DNA of 64,000 nucleotides from Sphingomonadaceae bacterium (lineage in GTDB: Bacteria; Pseudomonadota; Alphaproteobacteria; Sphingomonadales; Sphingomonadaceae): assembly GCA_020850455.1 (NCBI GenBank), contig JADZEQ010000005.1, positions 96,873-160,872 of the forward strand, written 5' to 3'. The notes beneath the pieces are model-generated. The model was given only the letters and a program-made list of their open reading frames with translations. It ran no database searches and had not been told where the DNA came from. Every line of letters starts with the position of its first letter. The stretch's first letter is position 1. Shown here in pieces: positions 56,770-64,000 of the stretch. The translations under genes were made by a program, and so were the position numbers.

Positions 56770-58214
56770 GGAAATTGGGCGCATTGGTGGATGGGCTGGA
56801 TGCCGCCGCCGCTGCCGTGGATATAGCCGGGGTCGCCATCGACCATCGGCAGATTGTGCCCCATTGTCTATTTGGTGCCTTTCAGGGTGCCCGTTTTGAT
56901 GGCGAAAGCGTCATCGATGCCGCCGTGCAATCGGGCGCGGTTGCGGTGGTCGCGCGGGCAGAGGCGCAGGTCACCGGCGCTGTCCATATCGCCGATGCCC
57001 AACCGCGCCGCGCCTTTGCCCATGCCGCTGCGCGCTGGTTTGATGCGGCGCCCGCGCATCTGGTTGCTGTCACGGGCACCAATGGCAAAACCTCCACCGT
57101 CGAACTGACCCGCCAATTATGGCGCATGGCGGGGCGTGTTGCTGCCTCCATCGGTACATTGGGGGTGACGACCGCCGATGATCAGGTCAAAACCGGGCTT
57201 ACGACCCCCGATATCGTCACTTTTCTGGCCAATCTGGCGGGGTTGGCGCGCGAGGGGGTGAGCCACCTTGCCTATGAAGCATCGAGTCATGGTCTCGACC
57301 AATATCGTTGTGAGGGGCCGGGCGTCGCTGCTGCCGCTTTCACCAATTTGTCGCGCGATCACCTCGACTATCATGGGGATATGGACAGCTATTTTGCCGC
57401 CAAAATGCGCCTGTTCGACGATGTTGTGGTGGCGGGTGGCGATGCGATTATCTGGGCCGATGACCCCCGTTCGGCAGAGGTGGCTGCGCACGCATCGACG
57501 CGCGGGTTAAAGATTTGGAGCGTTGGCAAAAATGGTGATGCCATCCGCCTCCTGTCGCGCACCCCCGGCCCATTGGGGCAAATGCTCACCCTCCATGTGG
57601 CGGGATTGGGCGAAGTTTCGGTCAATCTGCCGCTGATCGGTGCCTATCAGGCAGCCAATGCGCTGGTCGCCGCTGCGCTGGTGATGGCGACGGGCGGCGA
57701 TGCCCGCGCCACATTATCCGCGCTCGCGCGGGTGCAGCCGGTGCGCGGGCGGCTCGAACGCGCGGGGCTGACGCGCCACGGTGCGCCCATATATATTGAT
57801 TACGCCCACACGCCCGATGCGATCGGCGCCGCGCTCGACGCGCTGCGTCCGCACACGACCGGGCGGCTGATTATCGTCTTTGGTGCGGGCGGTGACCGTG
57901 ATGCTGGCAAGCGCCCCGAAATGGGCGGCGCTGCGCGCGCCGGGGCCGATCTTGTCATCGTTACCGATGATAATCCGCGCGGCGAAGATGCGGCGGCGAT
58001 CCGCGCGGCGGTTTGTGCGGGGTGCCCCGATGCGCGCAATGTCGCGGGCCGACGCGACGCGATCGCCATGGCGGTTGGCGAAGCGGGCGAAGGGGACATC
58101 ATCCTGATTGCCGGAAAGGGGCATGAACAGGGGCAGATTATCGGGCGCGGGACGGATGAACGTATCCTGCCCTTTGATGATGCGAGCGTCGCGCGGGAAG
58201 AAGCGGCGCGGTGA
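56766..58214 (+). CDS. murE: UDP-N-acetylmuramoyl-L-alanyl-D-glutamate--2,6-diaminopimelate ligase
   Basis: VTGTNGKTST...FTNLSRDHLDYHG...DNPRGED. Confidence 0.92.
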   Translation: MRKLGALVDGLDAAAAAVDIAGVAIDHRQIVPHCLFGAFQGARFDGESVIDAAVQSGAVAVVARAEAQVTGAVHIADAQPRRAFAHAAARWFDAAPAHLVAVTGTNGKTSTVELTRQLWRMAGRVAASIGTLGVTTADDQVKTGLTTPDIVTFLANLAGLAREGVSHLAYEASSHGLDQYRCEGPGVAAAAFTNLSRDHLDYHGDMDSYFAAKMRLFDDVVVAGGDAIIWADDPRSAEVAAHASTRGLKIWSVGKNGDAIRLLSRTPGPLGQMLTLHVAGLGEVSVNLPLIGAYQAANALVAAALVMATGGDARATLSALARVQPVRGRLERAGLTRHGAPIYIDYAHTPDAIGAALDALRPHTTGRLIIVFGAGGDRDAGKRPEMGGAARAGADLVIVTDDNPRGEDAAAIRAAVCAGCPDARNVAGRRDAIAMAVGEAGEGDIILIAGKGHEQGQIIGRGTDERILPFDDASVAREEAAR

Positions 58215-59620
58215 ATATGGCGGTGCGCCTTGCCCCCTTGTGGAGCGGCAACGAAATCGCTGCGGCGACCGGCGGCAGCCTGTCCGAAGAATTTGTCGTG
58301 ACCGGCGTCAGCTTTGACAGCCGCGAAGTAGAAGCGGGCCATTTGTTCATCGCGATGCGCGGCGAACAGGCGGATGGCCATGCCTATATCGATAAGGCGC
58401 TGGCAGCCGGTGCTGCTGGCATCATCTGCGAACAGGCGATTGATGCGCCGCATGTGCGGGTGACAGATTCCTTTGCCGCGTTGCAGGCATTGGCCCGTGC
58501 GGCGCGTGCACGCTGCGCCGGACAGATTATCGGTGTCACCGGGTCGGCGGGGAAGACCGGCACCAAGGAAGCGCTGGCCGCAGCCCTGAACCGGCATACA
58601 CCCGGCCGCGTCCACAAATCGGTCAAAAGCTATAATAATCATACCGGCGTGCCGCTCAGCCTCGCGCGGATGCCGCGCGATAGCCGCTATGCCGTCCTCG
58701 AAATGGGAATGAACCATGTCGGCGAACTGGCCGAACTGACCGCATTGGTGCGCCCGCACGTTGCCATCATCACCACCATCGCGCCCGCGCACGTCGGCCA
58801 TTTTACCGGCGTCGAACAAATTGCCGATGCCAAGGCGGAGATATTTGGCGGGCTGGAGGCAGGGGGGCATGCGATTATTCCGCACGACAGCCCCTTTGCC
58901 GACCGGCTGGCTGCGGCGGCTGCGGCGGCCGGGGCCGCGCACATCACCCGCTTTGGCATCGGCGAAGGGGCGATGCCGCGCGCGCGCGACTGGGTGGGCG
59001 ACAGCCTGACCGGCGGGTCGTTGGTTACCGCCGAATGGGCGGGGCGCACATTATGCTTTCAACTCGCCCCGCCTGGCGAACATTGGGTCGCCAACGCCAT
59101 GGCCGTGTTGGCGGCGGTCGATGCGGTGGGTGGCGATCTGGCGGCGGCGGGGCTGGCGCTGGCGGACTTGCCCGGACTGGCCGGGCGCGGGGCGCGGCAT
59201 GCGCTGGCGCTGGCATCGGGCGGGCAAGCGGTGCTGATCGATGAAAGCTATAATGCGAACCCGGCGTCGATGCGCGCGACCATCGCCCAATTGGGGCGCG
59301 AAGCGGTGGGCAAGGGCCGTGCGTTGGTGCTGCTCGGCGCGATGAAGGAATTAGGCGCAGAATCAGACCATTATCATGCCGTCTTGGCCGATGATTTATT
59401 GGCGGCGCAGGTCGAATTTGCCTGGCTGGTGGGGGCGGAAATGGCCACGCTCACGCATGCACTTGAAGGACGCATCGCATTCGCGCATGGCGACAATATA
59501 GAAGGTCTGGCAGACGATATCGCGCGCGCGTTGCGCGACGGTGATCGGCTGTTGGTCAAAGGGTCCAATTCGGTCGGCCTGTCGCGCGTTGTTACCGCGC
59601 TGACGGGCGGGGGTGCATAA
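58211..59620 (+). CDS. murF: UDP-N-acetylmuramoyl-tripeptide--D-alanyl-D-alanine ligase
   Basis: [13 protein letters not shown]...EMGMNHVGE...[12 protein letters not shown]. Confidence 0.9.
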   Translation: MNMAVRLAPLWSGNEIAAATGGSLSEEFVVTGVSFDSREVEAGHLFIAMRGEQADGHAYIDKALAAGAAGIICEQAIDAPHVRVTDSFAALQALARAARARCAGQIIGVTGSAGKTGTKEALAAALNRHTPGRVHKSVKSYNNHTGVPLSLARMPRDSRYAVLEMGMNHVGELAELTALVRPHVAIITTIAPAHVGHFTGVEQIADAKAEIFGGLEAGGHAIIPHDSPFADRLAAAAAAAGAAHITRFGIGEGAMPRARDWVGDSLTGGSLVTAEWAGRTLCFQLAPPGEHWVANAMAVLAAVDAVGGDLAAAGLALADLPGLAGRGARHALALASGGQAVLIDESYNANPASMRATIAQLGREAVGKGRALVLLGAMKELGAESDHYHAVLADDLLAAQVEFAWLVGAEMATLTHALEGRIAFAHGDNIEGLADDIARALRDGDRLLVKGSNSVGLSRVVTALTGGGA

Positions 59621-60690
59621 TGTTATATCTGCTCGCGGAACATTTGGGTTTTCCCGGCCCGCTCAACCTCATCCGCTATCTCAGCTTTCGGTCGGGTGCG
59701 GCGATTGCCACGGCCATGCTGATCGGCATGATCATCGCGCCAAAATTCATCATGATGCTGCGCGTCAAACAGGGCAAAGGGCAACCCATTCGGGAGGATG
59801 GGCCACAAAGCCACCTCGCCAAACGGGGCACGCCGACGATGGGCGGGCTGATGATCCTCATCTCGCTCACCATATCATCCTTGTTGTGGATGGATTTGTC
59901 GAACAGCCTTGTCTGGGCCTGTTTGTTCGTGACGCTGGGTTTTGGCTGCATCGGTTTCCTCGATGATTATGACAAGGTAACCAAGCGCAGCCACAAAGGT
60001 GTGTCGGGCAAAGTCCGCCTGCTCGCCGAATTTGCGGTGGCGGGGATAGCCTGTGTGCTCATCCTCCAGCGGACGGGCACCGGGCTCTATATGCCCTTTG
60101 TTTCGGGGCAATATGTTGAACTTAGCTATTTTTATTATGTCTTCGCGATGCTGGTCATCGTTGGCGCGGGCAATGCCGTCAATCTGACCGATGGGCTGGA
60201 TGGGCTGGCAACCTTTCCGGTGATTATCGCCAGCCTGACCTTTCTGGTCATCGCCTATCTGACCGGCAATGCCAAATTTGCTGCCTATCTGGGCATCCCC
60301 CATGTCGTGGGCGCGGGGGATTTGGCGATATTTTGTGCTGCGATCATTGGCGCTGGCCTCGCCTTTTTATGGTTTAATGCGCCGCCCGCCGCCATCTTCA
60401 TGGGCGACACGGGTTCCTTGGCCTTGGGCGGTGCCCTGGGGGCGATTGCGGTGACCGCGCAGCATGAAATTGTCCTCGCGGTGGTTGGCGGCCTGTTCGT
60501 GGTCGAAGCCTTGTCGGTCATCATCCAGGTCGGCTTTTACAAGCGCACGGGCAAACGCGTGTTCCGCATGGCCCCGATCCACCACCATTTTGAACAATTG
60601 GGGTGGAGCGAATCGACCGTGGTTGTGCGTTTCTGGATTGTGTCGATCGTGCTGGCGCTGGCGGGGCTCGCCACGCTCAAAATCCGGTGA
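59620..60690 (+). CDS. mraY: Phospho-N-acetylmuramoyl-pentapeptide transferase
   Basis: GTPTMGG...[13 protein letters not shown]...[11 protein letters not shown]...PIHHHFE. Confidence 0.95.
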   Translation: MLYLLAEHLGFPGPLNLIRYLSFRSGAAIATAMLIGMIIAPKFIMMLRVKQGKGQPIREDGPQSHLAKRGTPTMGGLMILISLTISSLLWMDLSNSLVWACLFVTLGFGCIGFLDDYDKVTKRSHKGVSGKVRLLAEFAVAGIACVLILQRTGTGLYMPFVSGQYVELSYFYYVFAMLVIVGAGNAVNLTDGLDGLATFPVIIASLTFLVIAYLTGNAKFAAYLGIPHVVGAGDLAIFCAAIIGAGLAFLWFNAPPAAIFMGDTGSLALGGALGAIAVTAQHEIVLAVVGGLFVVEALSVIIQVGFYKRTGKRVFRMAPIHHHFEQLGWSESTVVVRFWIVSIVLALAGLATLKIR

Positions 60691-62033
60691 GCGCGAGGGG
60701 CGATATCTTTCCCTTGGGCCCCGGTGTTGCCGGGCGGCATTTTGCCATGCTCGGCCTTGCGCGGACCGGGATTGCCAGCGTTGTGGCGCTGGTCGCGGCT
60801 GGGGCAAAAATTACCGGCTGGGATGACAGGGGCGATGCGCGCGATGCGGCAGCGGCAGCTGGGGCCAGCATCGCGCCGATTGATGCTGCGCTGCTCGCCG
60901 AATGTGATGCGCTGCTGCTGTCCCCCGGTGTGCCGCTCGACCAGCATCCCGTCGCGCAAATGGCGCGCACGATGGGCAAGCGCATCATCGGCGATATCGA
61001 ATTATTCGCGCTCGCCCGCGCACATCTGCCCGCGCATCGGGTGGTGGCCATCACCGGCACCAACGGAAAATCGACGACCACCGCGCTGATCCATCATATA
61101 TTGATGACAGCAGGGATCGAAGCGCAATTGGGCGGCAATATTGGCCTGCCGATATTGTCGCGCGCACCATTGGCTGCGGGTGGGGTCTATGTGCTCGAAC
61201 TGTCGAGCTACCAGATTGATTTGACGCACAGTTTTGCCGCAGATGTTGCGGTGTTGACCAATATCACCCCCGATCACCTCGATCGTTATGGCGGCGATTT
61301 TCATGCCTATGCCGCGTCCAAGGAACGGCTGTTCACTATGCAGCACAGCGACGCGGTTGCGGTTATCGCCTGCGATGATGACCCCTGCCGCCAGATCGCC
61401 AGCCGCATCAACCACCGGCTGATCCGCGTGTCGGCGGGCGATATCCGCCTTGACGACCAACGCCATTGGCCCGCGCTACAGGGGCCGCACAATGCGCAAA
61501 ACGCCGCCGTTGCCATCGCCGCGTTGCGCGCGCTGGGCCTGGATGAAGCGGCGATTATGGCGGGCCTCGCATCCTACCCCGGACTGCCGCACCGGATGGA
61601 ATTGGTCGGCGAAGTGGCAGGCGTGCGTTACTATAACGACAGCAAGGCAACCAACCCCGATAGCAGCGCCCCCGCGCTCGCCGCATGGCCGCCGGTGGGG
61701 GGCAAACCGCGCATCCACTGGATTTTGGGGGGGCGCGCCAAGGGCAAGGATATTGGCCCCTGCGCCGACTGGCTGGGCCATGTCGCCCATGCTTGGCTGA
61801 TTGGGGAGGCGGCGGGCGATTTTGCCCGCGCCATCGGGGATGGCGCACCGCATAGCCATGCGGGCGATTTGGCGCGCGCGCTTGCCGGGGCGCGCGCACT
61901 GGCACGGGCAGGGGATATCATCCTCCTCTCCCCCGCTGCGGCAAGTTTTGACCAATTTCGGGATTTTGAGGCGCGCGGCGATGCATTTCGCGCGCTGGTT
62001 AAGGAAATAGGGGGACAAGATGGCCAGTCGTAG
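60687..62033 (+). CDS. murD: UDP-N-acetylmuramoylalanine--D-glutamate ligase
   Basis: [10 protein letters not shown]...LELSSYQ...[15 protein letters not shown] 60687 makes a GTGA overlap with the mraY stop (ORF track 60603). Confidence 0.9.
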   Translation: MSARGDIFPLGPGVAGRHFAMLGLARTGIASVVALVAAGAKITGWDDRGDARDAAAAAGASIAPIDAALLAECDALLLSPGVPLDQHPVAQMARTMGKRIIGDIELFALARAHLPAHRVVAITGTNGKSTTTALIHHILMTAGIEAQLGGNIGLPILSRAPLAAGGVYVLELSSYQIDLTHSFAADVAVLTNITPDHLDRYGGDFHAYAASKERLFTMQHSDAVAVIACDDDPCRQIASRINHRLIRVSAGDIRLDDQRHWPALQGPHNAQNAAVAIAALRALGLDEAAIMAGLASYPGLPHRMELVGEVAGVRYYNDSKATNPDSSAPALAAWPPVGGKPRIHWILGGRAKGKDIGPCADWLGHVAHAWLIGEAAGDFARAIGDGAPHSHAGDLARALAGARALARAGDIILLSPAAASFDQFRDFEARGDAFRALVKEIGGQDGQS

Positions 62034-63243
62034 CGATGAAAATGCGCCAATCATCCCCAGTAATTTGCAACATCGGCGGCGACCCCAACCCTTGTCGCGC
62101 GCCGATGCGAGCAACCTGTCGCGCTGGTATGCAGAGGTGGACCGCGGGCTTTTGCTGATGATCATTGGGCTGATGGCGATCGGGCTGTTGGCGGTGGCGG
62201 TGGCCAGTCCGGTCGGCGCGCGGGTCGCGGCGCGGCGCGGCGTTGCGATGGGGGAACTTTACTATCTTTGGCGGCAGATATTCTGGGTATGCTCCGGCAT
62301 CTTGCTGATGCTGGTGGTGGGGCTGCGTTCCAAGTTGGACATCCGCCGATATGCGGTGCTTGGGACGGTGGTCGGCGTGCTCGCGCTTTTTGCCGTCATC
62401 ATTTTCGGGCACGAGGTTAATGGTTCGACCCGCTGGATTGGCAGCGGTATGTTCCGTTTGCAGCCGTCCGAATTTTTGAAGCCTTTGTTTGCGGTTTCCA
62501 TGGGCTGGCTGCTCGCCTGCGGCAGTGAGGATGAAAAAATCCCGGCCATGGGGCTTAGTTTCGCGGTCACATTGTTGATCAGCATCTTGTTGATGAGCCA
62601 GCCCGATTTTGGTCAAACCGTGCTGATTTGCGGCACTTGGTTGGCGATGGCCTTTATCGCTGGCTTGGATTTGCGCAAACTATGGTGGATCGGCGGATTG
62701 GCCAGCGCCGGGTTGGTCGGCACCTATTTTCTCTATGCCAATGCGCGGCACCGCATCGACGCCTTTTTATTCGGCACGGGTGATGGCGAGCAGGTTGACA
62801 GGGGCATTGATACGCTCTCCAACTCGGGGTTGATTGGTTCTGGCCCCTTTACCGGCACCGCCAAATTCCGCCTGCCAGAGGCGCATACCGATTATATTTA
62901 TTCGGTCATCGGCGAAGAATTTGGCCTGTTCGCCTGTGCGGGCATACTCTTGCTCTATGTCGCGCTGGTGGTGCGGGTGTTGCGCCGCCTGCGCGAAGAA
63001 CAGGACCAGTTCGTCATTCTCGCAGGTTCGGGGCTGGTGTTGCAATTTGCCGGCCAATTTCTGATCAATATATCGGTCAACCTCCACCTCCTCCCCTCCA
63101 AGGGGATGACCTTGCCCTTTATTTCCTATGGCGGGTCGTCGCTTTGGGCCTTGTGCATTTCGATGGGAATGTTGCTGGCATTGACGCGGCGAAACCCCTA
63201 TCGCGCGCGTCCGCAAGAAATAGCAGGATGGTGGGAAAAATGA
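62020..63243 (+). CDS. ftsW: Peptidoglycan glycosyltransferase / lipid II flippase FtsW (SEDS family)
   Basis: RWIGSGMFRLQPSEFLKP...PEAHTDYIYSVIGEEFG...LPSKGMTLPFISYGGSS. Confidence 0.9.
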   Translation: MASRSDENAPIIPSNLQHRRRPQPLSRADASNLSRWYAEVDRGLLLMIIGLMAIGLLAVAVASPVGARVAARRGVAMGELYYLWRQIFWVCSGILLMLVVGLRSKLDIRRYAVLGTVVGVLALFAVIIFGHEVNGSTRWIGSGMFRLQPSEFLKPLFAVSMGWLLACGSEDEKIPAMGLSFAVTLLISILLMSQPDFGQTVLICGTWLAMAFIAGLDLRKLWWIGGLASAGLVGTYFLYANARHRIDAFLFGTGDGEQVDRGIDTLSNSGLIGSGPFTGTAKFRLPEAHTDYIYSVIGEEFGLFACAGILLLYVALVVRVLRRLREEQDQFVILAGSGLVLQFAGQFLINISVNLHLLPSKGMTLPFISYGGSSLWALCISMGMLLALTRRNPYRARPQEIAGWWEK

Positions 63244-64000
63244 CGGGGGCAAGGCACCAGCCGGGCGGGGTTACACGCCATTATCTGCTCGCTGCAGGTG
63301 GTACGGGTGGGCATATGATGCCCGCTTATGCGCTGGCGGGGGAGTTGATCGGGCGCGGCCATCGCGTGGCGCTGATTACCGATGATCGCGGTGTCCGCTT
63401 TGGCACCGCGCCCGACGGGCTGGATGTCCATATTCTGCCCGCCGGGCGGCCGGGTGGCGGCATAGTGGGTTATGCGCGCGCGGCGCGCGGCATTTGGCGC
63501 GGGCGGGCACAAGCGATTGAATTGGCACGGAGTTTTCAGCCGAGCGCGGTCATCGGCTTTGGCGGCTACCCCGCGCTTCCCGCATTGCTCGCCGCGCGCA
63601 ATTTGGGCATAACTGCGCTGGTCCACGAACAAAATGCGGTGCTGGGGCGGGTCAATCGGTTGGTTGCGCGTCAGGTGGCGGCAATTGCCACCGCCTACAA
63701 GAATGTTGCGCGCATTCCCGCCGCTGCCGCATCGCGCGTCGCGCTGGTTGGCAATCCGGTGCGCGAGGAGATTTTGGCGCTGCGCGGGGAACCATTTCCC
63801 AGCGTCGATGGCGAAGGGATTTTTCGCCTGCTCATTACCGGCGGCAGTCAGGCGGCGAGTGTTTTTGCCGATGTCGTGCCAGAGGCGCTATCCCTCCTCC
63901 CCCTCCATTTTCGGCAGCGCTTGCAGGTGACGCAACAATGTCGGGCGGAGGATGTCGAACGGGTGCGCGCGCAATATCAAAGCTTTGGCATCCCGGCGGA
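63240..64000 (+). CDS. murG: UDP-N-acetylglucosamine--lipid I transferase MurG, N-terminal 253 aa (runs off the right edge; absent from the ORF track)
   Basis: My own translation from ATG 63240 (ATGA overlap with the ftsW stop): LLAAGGTGGHMMPAYALAGELIGRGHRV...GFGGYPALPALLAA...VHEQNAVLGRVNR...ITGGSQAA. Confidence 0.9.
   Translation, partial: MTGARHQPGGVTRHYLLAAGGTGGHMMPAYALAGELIGRGHRVALITDDRGVRFGTAPDGLDVHILPAGRPGGGIVGYARAARGIWRGRAQAIELARSFQPSAVIGFGGYPALPALLAARNLGITALVHEQNAVLGRVNRLVARQVAAIATAYKNVARIPAAAASRVALVGNPVREEILALRGEPFPSVDGEGIFRLLITGGSQAASVFADVVPEALSLLPLHFRQRLQVTQQCRAEDVERVRAQYQSFGIPA

Noticed and set aside
1-64000. Search for CRISPR arrays, tRNA/rRNA genes, IS elements, integrases, toxin-antitoxin or classical defence genes
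   Set aside because: None was found by eye. The only tandem repeats are in-frame coding repeats (Gly13 tract at 6730-6768, 18-bp SPOR repeat at 43400-43453), and non-coding gaps are too short or lack cloverleaf-like structure. A covariance-model scan (tRNAscan/Infernal) would be needed to exclude small RNAs formally.

Overview
64-kb chromosomal segment of a high-G+C alphaproteobacterium. Gene content and order (argS-SPOR-nagZ-scpAB-tatABC, ispH-thrB-rnhA, pntAA-AB-B, mraZ...murG) look Sphingomonadales-like, which is an inference and not a search result. I can support about 60 protein genes. I see no rRNA, tRNA, CRISPR array, transposase, integrase or prophage signal. Most of the window is core housekeeping: gdhA, the pnt transhydrogenase, a homogentisate-pathway cluster, a Tad/Cpa pilus operon, ispH/thrB/rnhA, argS, scpAB, tatABC, cysK and the dcw cell-wall cluster up to a truncated murG. 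Four regions are not ordinary. (1) 1-8246 (minus strand) is a translationally coupled four-gene operon: a pentahaem cytochrome, a GlcG/DUF336-like lipoprotein, an outer-membrane barrel and a cytochrome of more than 940 aa with at least 10 haem motifs. The last gene runs off the left edge and is missing from the ORF track. The operon resembles porin-cytochrome electron conduits and is G+C-poor by hand count. (2) 12331-15126 is a G+C-rich four-gene cassette: an unannotated 53-codon ORF, two diverged paralogous cupin/HEAT-like proteins and an OmpR-type regulator with a dead receiver domain. (3) 19014-24443 holds a membrane-embedded LytTR one-component regulator facing a phased 20-bp repeat array, followed by an operon for a secreted hydrolase, a parallel beta-helix protein and a dihaem cytochrome. 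(4) 28463-35725 is a Tad/Cpa pilus operon that lacks both the CpaF/TadA ATPase and an Flp pilin gene. Candidate regulatory sites (Zur-like box, mraZ-upstream direct repeats, gdhA-upstream nested palindrome) are reported separately. Every family assignment comes from reading motifs in the translations. No database search was possible.
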